A DNA stretch of 28,171 nt, from UHGV virus genome UHGV-1292719; one strand, written 5' to 3'. This document shows, piece after piece, positions 9,153 to 17,608 of the stretch (its first letter is position 1; every line of letters starts with the position of its first letter). The DNA comes from a virus. Under the pieces are notes generated by a model, which searched no databases, was not told the origin of the DNA, and was given only the letters and a program-made list of their open reading frames with translations. The position numbers were made by a program, and so were the translations under genes.

Positions 9153-9803
9153 ATGAATACACAACTGATGGGTGAGCGTATTCGCGCTCGCAGAAAAGAA
9201 CTCAAGATTAGGCAGGCTGCCCTTGGCAAGATGGTTGGCGTGTCTAATGTTGCTATTTCCCAATGGGAGCGATCTGAAACTGAGCCCAATGGCGAAAACC
9301 TATTGGCCTTAGCCAAGGCTTTGCAGTGCTCCCCTGATTACCTGTTGAAAGGAGAGGATAGTCTTTCAAACATTGCCTATCACAGCAGGCATGATCCAAG
9401 AGGTTCGTATCCTCTAATTAGTTGGGTAAGCGCAGGATGTTGGATGGAAGCTGTAGAGCCATATCATAGGCGTGCAATAGATAACTGGTACGACACAACG
9501 GTAGATTGTTCTGAAGACTCTTTTTGGCTCGACGTTAAAGGCGATTCAATGACTGCCCCGGCAGGACTGAGTATTCCTGAGGGGATGATTATTCTCGTCG
9601 ACCCAGAAGTCGAACCACGTAATGGAAAGCTGGTAGTCGCCAAACTTGAAGGAGAAAACGAGGCGACATTCAAAAAGTTAGTTATTGATGCCGGTAGAAA
9701 ATTCCTGAAACCACTCAATCCACAATACCCAATGATTGAAATCAATGGGAACTGTAAAATCATTGGCGTTGTCGTTGATGCCAAGCTAGCAAACCTTCCT
9801 TAA
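9153..9803 (+). CDS. c2: prophage repressor, P22 C2-type (HTH plus LexA-like S24 autocleavage domain)
   Basis: 216 aa, MNTQLMGERIRARRKELKIRQAALGKMVGVSNVAISQWE...; Ala-Gly cleavage-site context and GDSM serine motif. Confidence 0.9.
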   Translation: MNTQLMGERIRARRKELKIRQAALGKMVGVSNVAISQWERSETEPNGENLLALAKALQCSPDYLLKGEDSLSNIAYHSRHDPRGSYPLISWVSAGCWMEAVEPYHRRAIDNWYDTTVDCSEDSFWLDVKGDSMTAPAGLSIPEGMIILVDPEVEPRNGKLVVAKLEGENEATFKKLVIDAGRKFLKPLNPQYPMIEINGNCKIIGVVVDAKLANLP

Positions 9804-9830
9804 GGGGCTTTCGCCCCTTTTTTATTTCCC
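9804..9830 (+). terminator. rho-independent terminator after the repressor gene
   Basis: GGGGC-TTTC-GCCCC followed by TTTTTTATTT. Confidence 0.6.
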
Positions 9831-9862
9831 GTTAAAAATCAAAGACAAACTAAATTCACGCC

Positions 9863-9925
9863 CATAAAATTAAGTTTTCTTCAAAAATGCACTTGACCAA
9901 TAAATTAAGAAGTCTTAAATTTAAG
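9863..9925 (+). promoter_or_regulatory. left operator / PL-like promoter directed toward N
   Basis: Operator-like AATTAAGAAGTCTTAAATT and AATTAAGTTTTCTTCAAA; candidate TTGACC-17 nt-TAAATT. Confidence 0.4.
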
Positions 9926-9966
9926 CCATCAACAGGACGCTGGAAGCCAAACGGAACAGATTGGCA

Positions 9967-10007
9967 GGCTCTTTAACATCGACGGACTCTCAACCTAACC
10001 GTTGAGA
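9967..10007 (+). promoter_or_regulatory. nutL-like site (boxA plus boxB hairpin)
   Basis: GGCTCTTTAACA then hairpin TCTCAAC-CTAACC-GTTGAGA (7-bp stem) upstream of N. Confidence 0.5.
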
Positions 10008-10117
10008 CCAGAACTTGAGTGGTTTTGGGGATGGCGCGAATTGCAGCTGCAAGACAGCGATCGAGAAGATAAGCACCTCGACGCGTCATGCGCCAAAGCC
10101 ACTTAAAGGAGACCATC

Positions 10118-10423
10118 ATGGTAACCATTGTCTGGAAAGAATCCAAAGGTACGGCAAAAAGCCGCTACAAAGCTCGCAGAGCAGAACTTATTGCCGAGCG
10201 ACGCAGTAATGAAGCACTGGCGCGAAAAATTGCGCTAAAGCTCTCTGGTTGCGTCAGAGCAGACAAAGCAGCATCACTAGGAAGCCTTTGCTGCAAGAAG
10301 AAAGAAGAAGTCGTTCGAAAAAATAGAAGTATTTATTACAAGGATTCAAACCCATTAGGAAACAAAATACATGCAGTCCAAAAAATAAAATTGTACAGTA
10401 AACTACCGTACGGTGCTTATTGA
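10118..10423 (+). CDS. N: N-like antiterminator (arginine-rich motif protein)
   Basis: AAGGAG then ATG at 10118; N-terminal arginine-rich motif GTAKSRYKARRAELIAERR; first gene after nutL. Confidence 0.65.
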   Translation: MVTIVWKESKGTAKSRYKARRAELIAERRSNEALARKIALKLSGCVRADKAASLGSLCCKKKEEVVRKNRSIYYKDSNPLGNKIHAVQKIKLYSKLPYGAY

Positions 10424-10425
10424 GT

Positions 10426-10764
10426 ATGCTTATGGTGAAAAAGACTATTTATGTTAATCCTGACCGCGGACAAAACAGAAAAGTATCTGATAGAGGTCTT
10501 ACATCTCGAGACAGGAGGAGAATAGCGAGATGGGAAAAGAGGATAGCATATGCATTAAAAAACGGTGTAACACCTGGATTTAATGCTATAGATGACGGCC
10601 CTGAATATAAGATTAATGAAGAACCAATGGATAAAGTTGACAAAGCATTAGCAACACCATTTCCTCGCGATGTCGAAAAAATTGAAGATGGAAAATATGA
10701 GGATGTAATGCACAGAGTTGTTAATCACGCTCACCAACGAAATCCAAATAAAAAATGGTCATAG
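10426..10764 (+). CDS. hypothetical basic protein (~112 aa) immediately after N
   Basis: ORF 10420..10764; first ATG at 10426; arginine-rich segment SRDRRRIARWEKRI; no membrane segments; followed by a strong terminator. Confidence 0.5.
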   Translation: MLMVKKTIYVNPDRGQNRKVSDRGLTSRDRRRIARWEKRIAYALKNGVTPGFNAIDDGPEYKINEEPMDKVDKALATPFPRDVEKIEDGKYEDVMHRVVNHAHQRNPNKKWS

Positions 10765-10786
10765 CCCACTTCGGTGGGTTTTTTAT
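10764..10786 (+). terminator. rho-independent terminator (UUCG tetraloop hairpin plus T-run)
   Basis: CCCAC-TTCG-GTGGG followed by TTTTTTATT. Confidence 0.7.
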
Positions 10787-10903
10787 TGTCTGAACTAACC
10801 GAATTTATTACAGCAAGCCACGCAGTGAAATGGGTGTGACTTGTGTTGGTCGCCAGAAGCAACGCGGAAAATCAATTCCAGCTTATTACGATTGAGGTGA
10901 GCC

Positions 10904-11041
10904 ATGCTCAAGAAAGTCAAACGCCGACTTTACAAAGAAGGTAGATATTCATGCCAGTTGCCAAAATGCGACACAACAAAATGGAGTGTCGATGATTGGT
11001 GTAACTGGATAGATAGATACGGAACTTGGTGGGATAAATAA
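10904..11041 (+). CDS. small cysteine/tryptophan-rich hypothetical protein (45 aa)
   Basis: Hand-translated MLKKVKRRLYKEGRYSCQLPKCDTTKWSVDDWCNWIDRYGTWWDK; GAGGTGA 5 nt upstream of the ATG. Confidence 0.35.
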   Translation: MLKKVKRRLYKEGRYSCQLPKCDTTKWSVDDWCNWIDRYGTWWDK

Positions 11042-11095
11042 CAGGTAACTTAAGCGTATTTACTTTCGCAGCAAACAACTTATTTGAGGTGATAT

Positions 11096-11182
11096 ATGGA
11101 AGAAGAATTTGAAGAGTTCGAAGAGCATCCTCAGGATGTGATGGAACAATACCAGGACTATCCTTATGACTACGACTATTGA
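11096..11182 (+). CDS. acidic 28-aa peptide, lambda orf28-like by position and length
   Basis: MEEEFEEFEEHPQDVMEQYQDYPYDYDY; GAGGTGA upstream; overlaps the ral start by ~17 nt as in lambda. Confidence 0.45.
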   Translation: MEEEFEEFEEHPQDVMEQYQDYPYDYDY

Positions 11183-11366
11183 TAAAAATCAATGGTGTGG
11201 ACAATTCAAGCGATGCAATGGATGCAAGCTGCAATCGGAATGCATGGTTAAGCCTGAAGAAATGTTTCCTGTAATGGAAGATGGGAAATATGTCGATAAA
11301 TGGGCAATACGAACGACGGCAATGATTGCCAGAGAACTTGGTAAACAGAACAACAAAGCTGCCTGA
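11166..11366 (+). CDS. ral: Ral (restriction alleviation) protein
   Basis: 66 aa, MTTTIDKNQWCGQFKRCNGCKLQSECMVKPEE...; matches lambda Ral from memory. Confidence 0.8.
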   Translation: MTTTIDKNQWCGQFKRCNGCKLQSECMVKPEEMFPVMEDGKYVDKWAIRTTAMIARELGKQNNKAA

Positions 11367-11540
11367 TAGTGACCTTTATTTTTGGCACAGAATAAACACT
11401 GCACTGTGTATTCATTCCAACGAGTGAATACACGGAGCAATGTCGCTCGTAACTAAACAGGAGCCGACTTGTTCTGATTATTGGAAATCTTCTTTGCCCT
11501 CCAGTGTGAGGGCGATTTTTTTCTGTGAGGATATGAATAG

Positions 11541-11909
11541 ATGTCAAACATCAAAAAATACATCATTGATTACGACTGGAAAGCATCAATAGAAATTGAA
11601 ATCGACCATGACGTAATGACAGAGAAAAAACTTCACCAGATTAATAATTTCTGGTCAGATTCTGAATACCGACTCAATAAACACGGCTCTGTATTAAATG
11701 CTGTATTAATCATGCTGGCGCAACATGCTCTGCTTATAGCAATTTCAAGCGACTTAAATGCATATGGTGTTGTGTGTGAGTTCGACTGGAATGATGGAAA
11801 TGGTCAGGAAGGATGGCCTCCAATGGATGGTAGCGAAGGAATAAGAATTACCGATATCGATACATCAGGAATATTTGATTCAGATGATATGACTATCAAA
11901 GCCGCCTGA
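11541..11909 (+). CDS. ea10: Ea10-like early protein
   Basis: 122 aa; position between ral and cIII and sequence consistent with lambda Ea10 from memory. Confidence 0.7.
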   Translation: MSNIKKYIIDYDWKASIEIEIDHDVMTEKKLHQINNFWSDSEYRLNKHGSVLNAVLIMLAQHALLIAISSDLNAYGVVCEFDWNDGNGQEGWPPMDGSEGIRITDIDTSGIFDSDDMTIKAA

Positions 11910-11981
11910 GCGCGGCGTTACCGCATACCAATAACGCTTCACTCGAGGCGTTTTTCGTTATGTATAAATAAGGAGCACACC

Positions 11982-12146
11982 ATGCAATATGCCATTGCAG
12001 GGTGGCCTGTTGCTGGCTGCCCTTCCGAATCTTTACTTGAACGAATCACCCGTAAATTACGTGACGGATGGAAACGCCTTATCGACATACTTAATCAGCC
12101 AGGAGTCCCAAAAAATGGATCAAACACTTATGGCTATCCAGACTAA
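11982..12146 (+). CDS. cIII: CIII (FtsH inhibitor)
   Basis: Hand-translated 54 aa [54 protein letters not shown], lambda cIII-like; AAGGAG upstream. Confidence 0.8.
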   Translation: MQYAIAGWPVAGCPSESLLERITRKLRDGWKRLIDILNQPGVPKNGSNTYGYPD

Positions 12147-12258
12147 ATTCACTATCGCCACTTTTATTGGCGATGAAAAGATGTTTCGTGAGGCCGTCGA
12201 CGCTTATAAAAAATGGATATTAATACTGAAACTGAGATCAAGCAAAAGCATTCACTAA
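12115..12258 (+). CDS. kil: Kil (FtsZ inhibitor)
   Basis: 47 aa [47 protein letters not shown], at the end of ORF 11989..12258; overlaps the cIII 3' end. Confidence 0.75.
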   Translation: MDQTLMAIQTKFTIATFIGDEKMFREAVDAYKKWILILKLRSSKSIH

Positions 12259-12629
12259 CCCCCTTTCCTGTTTTCCTAATCAGCCCGGCATTTCGCGGGC
12301 GATATTTTCACAGCTATTTCAGGAGTTCAGCCATGAACGCTTATTACATTCAGGATCGTCTTGAGGCTCAGAGCTGGACGCGTCACTACCAGCAGATCGC
12401 CCGTGAAGAGAAAGAGGCAGAACTGGCAGACGACATGGAAAAAGGTCTTCCACAGCACCTGTTTGAATCACTCTGTATCGATCATTTGCAACGCTGCGGG
12501 GCCAGCAAAAAAGCCATTACCCGTGCGTTTGATGACGATGTTGAGTTTCAGGAGCGCATGGCAGAACACATCCGGTACATGGTTGAAACCATTGCTCACC
12601 ACCAGTTTGATATTGATTCAGAGGTATAA
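12213..12629 (+). CDS. gam: Gam (RecBCD inhibitor)
   Basis: 138 aa, [36 protein letters not shown]...; lambda Gam-like. Confidence 0.9.
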   Translation: MDINTETEIKQKHSLTPFPVFLISPAFRGRYFHSYFRSSAMNAYYIQDRLEAQSWTRHYQQIAREEKEAELADDMEKGLPQHLFESLCIDHLQRCGASKKAITRAFDDDVEFQERMAEHIRYMVETIAHHQFDIDSEV

Positions 12630-12634
12630 AACGG

Positions 12635-13420
12635 ATGAGTACAGCACTCGCAACGCTGGCAGGGAAGCTGGCTGAACGTGTCGGCATGGATTCTGTCGAC
12701 CCACAGGAACTGATCACCACTCTTCGCCAGACAGCATTTAAAGGCGATGCCAGCGATGCGCAGTTCATCGCATTGTTGATCGTCGCCAACCAGTACGGCC
12801 TTAATCCGTGGACGAAAGAAATTTACGCCTTCCCTGACAAGCAGAACGGCATCGTTCCGGTGGTGGGCGTTGATGGCTGGTCCCGTATCATCAATGAAAA
12901 CCAGCAGTTTGATGGCATGGACTTTGAGCAGGACAATGAATCCTGCACATGCCGGATTTACCGCAAGGACCGTAATCATCCGATCTGCGTTACCGAGTGG
13001 ATGGATGAATGCCGCCGCGAACCATTCAAAACCCGCGAAGGCAGAGAAATCACGGGGCCGTGGCAGTCGCATCCCAAACGGATGTTACGTCATAAAGCCA
13101 TGATTCAGTGTGCCCGTCTGGCCTTCGGATTTGCTGGTATCTATGACAAGGATGAAGCCGAGCGCATTGTCGAAAATACCGCATACACTGCAGAACGTCA
13201 GCCGGAACGCGACATCACTCCGGTTAACGATGAAACCATGCAGGAGATTAACACTCTGCTGATCGCCCTGGATAAAACATGGGATGACGACTTATTGCCG
13301 CTCTGTTCCCAGATATTTCGCCGCGACATTCGCGCATCGTCAGAACTGACACAGGCCGAAGCAGTGAAAGCTCTTGGATTCCTGAAACAGAAAGCCACTG
13401 AGCAGAAGGTGGCAGCATGA
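12635..13420 (+). CDS. bet: Bet (Red-beta single-strand annealing protein)
   Basis: 261 aa, [38 protein letters not shown]...; lambda Bet-like. Confidence 0.9.
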   Translation: MSTALATLAGKLAERVGMDSVDPQELITTLRQTAFKGDASDAQFIALLIVANQYGLNPWTKEIYAFPDKQNGIVPVVGVDGWSRIINENQQFDGMDFEQDNESCTCRIYRKDRNHPICVTEWMDECRREPFKTREGREITGPWQSHPKRMLRHKAMIQCARLAFGFAGIYDKDEAERIVENTAYTAERQPERDITPVNDETMQEINTLLIALDKTWDDDLLPLCSQIFRRDIRASSELTQAEAVKALGFLKQKATEQKVAA

Positions 13421-14097
13421 CACCGGACATTATCCTGCAGCGTACCGGGATCGACGTGAGAGCTGTCGAACAGGGGGATGATGCATGGCACAAATTACGG
13501 CTCGGCGTCATCACCGCTTCAGAAGTTCACAACGTGATAGCAAAGCCCCGCTCAGGAAAGAAGTGGCCTGACATGAAAATGTCCTACTTCCACACCCTGC
13601 TGGCTGAGGTTTGCACCGGTGTGGCTCCGGAAGTTAATGCTAAGGCGCTGGCCTGGGGAAAACAGTACGAGAACGACGCCAGAACCCTGTTTGAATTCAC
13701 TTCCGGCGTGAATGTTACTGAATCCCCGATCATCTATCGCGACGAAAGTATGCGCACCGCCTGCTCTCCCGATGGTTTATGCAGTGACGGCAACGGCCTT
13801 GAACTGAAATGCCCGTTTACCTCCCGGGATTTCATGAAGTTCCGGCTCGGTGGTTTCGAGGCCATAAAATCGGCTTACATGGCCCAGGTGCAGTACAGCA
13901 TGTGGGTGACGCGAAAAGATGCCTGGTACTTTGCCAACTATGACCCGCGTATGAAGCGTGAAGGCCTGCATTATGTCGTGATTGAGCGGAATGAAAAGTA
14001 CATGGCGAATTTTGACGAGATGGTGCCGGAGTTCATCGAAAAAATGGACGTGGCACTGGCTGAAATTGGTTTTGTATTTGGGGAGCAATGGCGATGA
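13417..14097 (+). CDS. exo: Exo (lambda exonuclease)
   Basis: 226 aa, [40 protein letters not shown]...; lambda Exo-like; overlaps the bet stop. Confidence 0.9.
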   Translation: MTPDIILQRTGIDVRAVEQGDDAWHKLRLGVITASEVHNVIAKPRSGKKWPDMKMSYFHTLLAEVCTGVAPEVNAKALAWGKQYENDARTLFEFTSGVNVTESPIIYRDESMRTACSPDGLCSDGNGLELKCPFTSRDFMKFRLGGFEAIKSAYMAQVQYSMWVTRKDAWYFANYDPRMKREGLHYVVIERNEKYMANFDEMVPEFIEKMDVALAEIGFVFGEQWR

Positions 14098-14255
14098 AGC
14101 ATCCTCACGATAATATCCGGGTAGGCGCGATCACTTTCATCTACTCCGTTACAAAGCGAGGCTGGGTATTTCCCGGCCTTTCTGTTATCAGAAATCCACT
14201 GAAAGCACAGCGGCTGGCTGAGGCGATAAATAATAAACGGGGGCTGTATGACTGA
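14094..14255 (+). CDS. small exo-xis region protein (53 aa)
   Basis: ATG overlaps the exo stop; [53 protein letters not shown]; 3' end overlaps the methyltransferase start. Confidence 0.4.
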   Translation: MKHPHDNIRVGAITFIYSVTKRGWVFPGLSVIRNPLKAQRLAEAINNKRGLYD

Positions 14256-14805
14256 TTTCACCGGAAGCAATACTCCTGCCGAACATCGCGACAGCTGGCG
14301 CACACCACCAGAGATTTTTGCTGCGCTTAATGCAGAGTTCGTTTTTCAACTTGATGCTGCCGCCAGCGAAAAAAACCGACTATGTCGGCTTTTTATCTCA
14401 CAGGAGCAGAACACATTAACCACTTCATGGCCTGAAGCAATGGGATATGCCTCTGGTTATGTCTGGTTGAATCCACCATACAGCAATATTTCCCCTTTTG
14501 TGAAAAAGGCAGCCACTGAAAACAAATTCAGTAGTGTGGGATGTGTAATGTTATTGCCTGCTGACACATCTGTCGGATGGTTTCATGAAGCGATACAAAC
14601 CGCCAGTGAGGTCAGATTCATCACGGCAGGACGACTGGCATTTATTAACCCACTCACTGAGAAACCCGTCAGTGGAAATAATAAAGGCTCGATGCTCATT
14701 ATCTGGCACCCATACCCCCGTACACACTGCCACTTTACGACCGTTGATCGTGGAGAGTTGATGGCGTTCGGCTCAAGGATTCTTGCCCGTCGGGAGGCTG
14801 CATGA
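14248..14805 (+). CDS. orphan DNA N6-adenine methyltransferase (phage Dam-like)
   Basis: 185 aa with the NPPY catalytic motif (YVWLNPPYSN); no adjacent restriction endonuclease gene. Confidence 0.8.
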   Translation: MTDFTGSNTPAEHRDSWRTPPEIFAALNAEFVFQLDAAASEKNRLCRLFISQEQNTLTTSWPEAMGYASGYVWLNPPYSNISPFVKKAATENKFSSVGCVMLLPADTSVGWFHEAIQTASEVRFITAGRLAFINPLTEKPVSGNNKGSMLIIWHPYPRTHCHFTTVDRGELMAFGSRILARREAA

Positions 14806-14885
14806 CAACCACGGAATGCATTTTTCTGGCAGCGGGCTTCATATTCTGTGTGCTTATGCTTGCCGACATGGGACTTGTTCAATGA
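14802..14885 (+). CDS. small hydrophobic peptide (27 aa), translationally coupled
   Basis: MTTTECIFLAAGFIFCVLMLADMGLVQ; ATGA overlaps at both ends. Confidence 0.3.
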   Translation: MTTTECIFLAAGFIFCVLMLADMGLVQ

Positions 14886-15097
14886 CACCTCAGCAGGAAA
14901 ACGCCCTTCGCAGCATTGCCCGTCAGGCTAATTCTGAAATCAAAAAAGCCAGACAGCAGTTTCCGGATAAAAACGTCGATGACATTTGCCGTAGCGTACT
15001 TAAGAAGCACCGCGAAACGGTAACGCTGATGGGATTCACACCGACTCATTTAAGCCTGGCGATCGGCATGTTAAACGGCGTCTTTAAGGAACGGTGA
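14882..15097 (+). CDS. hypothetical protein (71 aa)
   Basis: In-frame ATG inside ORF 14783..15097 that overlaps the upstream stop: MTPQQENALRSIARQANSEIKKARQQFPDKNVDD... Confidence 0.45.
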   Translation: MTPQQENALRSIARQANSEIKKARQQFPDKNVDDICRSVLKKHRETVTLMGFTPTHLSLAIGMLNGVFKER

Positions 15098-15195
15098 ACA
15101 TGAAAAGCAAAATCATCAGGGAGCTACAGGCTCCTTTTTTATTGTTCGCATTCATCCTCAAGCGTATTAACCAACAATTCAGGGATTAATGGAAG

Positions 15196-15414
15196 ATGGC
15201 AGACATCATTGATTCAGCATCAGAAATCGAAGAATTACAGCGCAATACAGCAATAAAAATGCGTCGTCAGAACTACCAGACTGTATCCGCAACTCATTGT
15301 TGTGAGTGTGGCGATCCGATAGATGAGCGAAGACGCCTGGCTGTTCAGGGTTGTCGGACTTGTGCAAGTTGCCAGGAGGAGATCGAACTTAAGAACAAAC
15401 AATGGGGACTGTGA
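15196..15414 (+). CDS. DksA/TraR-family C4 zinc-finger protein
   Basis: 72 aa with CCECG...CRTCASC (CxxC-17-CxxC). Confidence 0.7.
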   Translation: MADIIDSASEIEELQRNTAIKMRRQNYQTVSATHCCECGDPIDERRRLAVQGCRTCASCQEEIELKNKQWGL

Positions 15415-15461
15415 TGGCCTCAAAGCAGCAAATTTCAACATCGTCCAACTGAGGTGTAAAA

Positions 15462-15740
15462 ATGTTCAGAATCATTTTTCCTAACACCTGGTACGTCGAC
15501 CACCACGGCACTCCCTGCAAAATCCTGCGTTCTACCCACAACAAAGTTCACTACATCCGAAAAGGCAGAACATGTATCGCCAGCATGTTCCGCTTTAATC
15601 ATGACTTTGAACCTGTGAATAAAGCTGATGCAGATCGGATAGCAGAAGAGATCGAAACGGCAGAACACATTAAGAAGTTACGTGACATGCGTTCAAAAAG
15701 CAGAGGTAACCATGGAATCATACAGCCTCACACTCGATGA
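15462..15740 (+). CDS. hypothetical prophage protein (92 aa)
   Basis: ORF directly upstream of xis; no recognised motif. Confidence 0.5.
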   Translation: MFRIIFPNTWYVDHHGTPCKILRSTHNKVHYIRKGRTCIASMFRFNHDFEPVNKADADRIAEEIETAEHIKKLRDMRSKSRGNHGIIQPHTR

Positions 15741-16062
15741 GGCCTGTCAGTTTCTTAAGATATCCAGACCAACCGCCACCAACTGGATACGAACAGGCCG
15801 CCTACAGGCAACACGTAAAGATCCAACCAAGCCAAAATCTCCTTACCTCACAACACGGCAAGCCTGCATTGCGGCGCTTCAGTCTCCGCTGCATACTGTC
15901 CAGGTGAGCGCGGGTGATGGCATAACAGAGGAAAGAAAATGTCACTCTTCCGCAGAAGTGAAATATGGTACGCCAGTTTCACATTGCCGAACGGTAAAAG
16001 ATTTAAACAGTCTCTTGGAACAAAGGACAAAAGGCAGGCGACAGAGCTCCATGACAAGCTAA
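15712..16062 (+). CDS. xis: excisionase, P22 Xis-like
   Basis: From [37 protein letters not shown]... (HTH-like), ~116 aa; overlaps the int 5' end. Confidence 0.6.
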   Translation: MESYSLTLDEACQFLKISRPTATNWIRTGRLQATRKDPTKPKSPYLTTRQACIAALQSPLHTVQVSAGDGITEERKCHSSAEVKYGTPVSHCRTVKDLNSLLEQRTKGRRQSSMTS

Positions 16063-17102
16063 AGGCTGAAGCATGGCGGGTCAGCAAACTTGGTGAAATA
16101 CCTGATATAACGTTCGAGGAAGCGTGTGTCAGGTGGCTTGAAGAGAAAGCACATAAAAAATCACTGGACGATGACAAAAGCCGGATCGGATTCTGGCTTC
16201 AACATTTCGCAGGAATGCAACTAAGAAACATTACTGAATCAAAAATTTATTCAGCAATGCAGAAAATGACGAACCGGCGTCATGAGGAAAACTGGAAACT
16301 CAGGGCAGAAGCATGCAGAAAAAAAGGGAAACCTGTTCCAGAATACACGCCAAAACCAGCGTCCGTTGCAACGAAGGCGACGCATCTTTCATTTATAAAG
16401 GCCCTGCTAAGAGCCGCAGAGCGTGAATGGAAAATGCTCGATAAGGCACCAATTATTAAAGTGCCTCAACCAAAGAATAAACGGATCCGCTGGCTGGAGC
16501 CCCATGAAGCACAAAGGCTGATTGATGAATGTCCGGAGCCATTAAAGTCTGTTGTTGAATTTGCACTGGCAACAGGCTTAAGACGCTCGAACATCATCAA
16601 CCTTGAATGGCAACAAATAGATATGCAGCGCCGGGTGGCATGGATAAACCCGGAAGAGAGTAAATCAAACCGCGCAATTGGCGTTGCGCTGAATGATACT
16701 GCATGTCGCGTATTGAAAAAACAAATCGGGAATCATCACCGTTGGGTATTTGTGTACAAGGAAAGCTGTACCAAACCAGACGGAACGAAAGCGCCAACAG
16801 TAAGGAAGATGCGGTATGACGCAAACACAGCCTGGAAAGCGGCGCTGAGACGGGCTGGTATTGATGATTTCAGATTTCACGACTTGAGACACACCTGGGC
16901 AAGTTGGCTGGTTCAAGCCGGAGTCCCGTTGTCAGTGTTACAGGAAATGGGAGGCTGGGAGTCTATCGAAATGGTTCGTCGATATGCTCACCTTGCACCT
17001 AATCACCTTACCGAACACGCACGGCAAATAGACTCGATCCTGAACCCATCCGTCCCAAATTTGTCCCAGTCAAAAAATAAGGAAGGTACTAATGATGTGT
17101 AA
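15939..17102 (+). CDS. int: tyrosine integrase, P22 / thrW-targeting family
   Basis: 387 aa; C-terminal catalytic motifs [10 protein letters not shown] and MVRRYAHL (R-H-R-Y tyrosine recombinase signature); ends 14 bp before the att core. Confidence 0.9.
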   Translation: MSLFRRSEIWYASFTLPNGKRFKQSLGTKDKRQATELHDKLKAEAWRVSKLGEIPDITFEEACVRWLEEKAHKKSLDDDKSRIGFWLQHFAGMQLRNITESKIYSAMQKMTNRRHEENWKLRAEACRKKGKPVPEYTPKPASVATKATHLSFIKALLRAAEREWKMLDKAPIIKVPQPKNKRIRWLEPHEAQRLIDECPEPLKSVVEFALATGLRRSNIINLEWQQIDMQRRVAWINPEESKSNRAIGVALNDTACRVLKKQIGNHHRWVFVYKESCTKPDGTKAPTVRKMRYDANTAWKAALRRAGIDDFRFHDLRHTWASWLVQAGVPLSVLQEMGGWESIEMVRRYAHLAPNHLTEHARQIDSILNPSVPNLSQSKNKEGTNDV

Positions 17103-17116
17103 CTTATTGATTTAAA

Positions 17117-17162
17117 TGGTGCCGATAATAGGAGTCGAACCTACGACCTTCGCATTACGAAT
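17117..17162 (-). other. attachment-site core: 46-bp copy of the 3' end of tRNA-Thr (thrW-type), not a complete tRNA
   Basis: Minus strand reads ATTCGTAATGCGAAGGTCGTAGGTTCGACTCCTATTATCGGCACCA (anticodon-stem 3' half, T-arm, acceptor 3' strand, CCA); sequence 5' of it (CTTATA...) does not continue the tRNA. Confidence 0.75.
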
Positions 17163-17608
17163 TATAAGAATCCGCTTCTAATTCAAAGCATTACCCCATC
17201 AACACTGCGCTCACACGTCCCACCACATCAAAACATGTAAAGCCTTGCAAGCCATTGTGAGGCCTTTTGTGTCTCAGTTTTGTCCCATCCGCGCTTGTGT
17301 TTTCTTTCATACATACACAATAATATAAATTAAAATAATAAACTATGAAACTAATGTGTCTTTCATCAACAACATGGTAACAATGCTTATTATAACATTG
17401 TGTAATTATCATTTTTTCCGAGCATTGTGTGAAATTCATACCGATTTGTTGCAAAAAAAAATTACAAGTAAAATGTTTTTAAAATGTAATTTTGGAGGAA
17501 AAGACAAGTCTACTAACCACCTGTTAATACAATTAATCATGAATATATTTCTTTAGCCCCGAGATATTAATTAATTAGTTGTTCATCGCTTTATATACTG
17601 GTTTCATT

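Noticed and set aside
17117-17162. A complete tRNA-Thr gene
   Set aside because: Only the 3' 46 nt match; the D-arm and acceptor 5' strand are absent, so it is an att core copy.
17191-17556. ORFs 17191..17454 (minus) and 17356..17556 (plus) upstream of the autotransporter
   Set aside because: Very AT-rich sequence with low-complexity translations and no ribosome-binding sites; more likely promoter or regulatory DNA.
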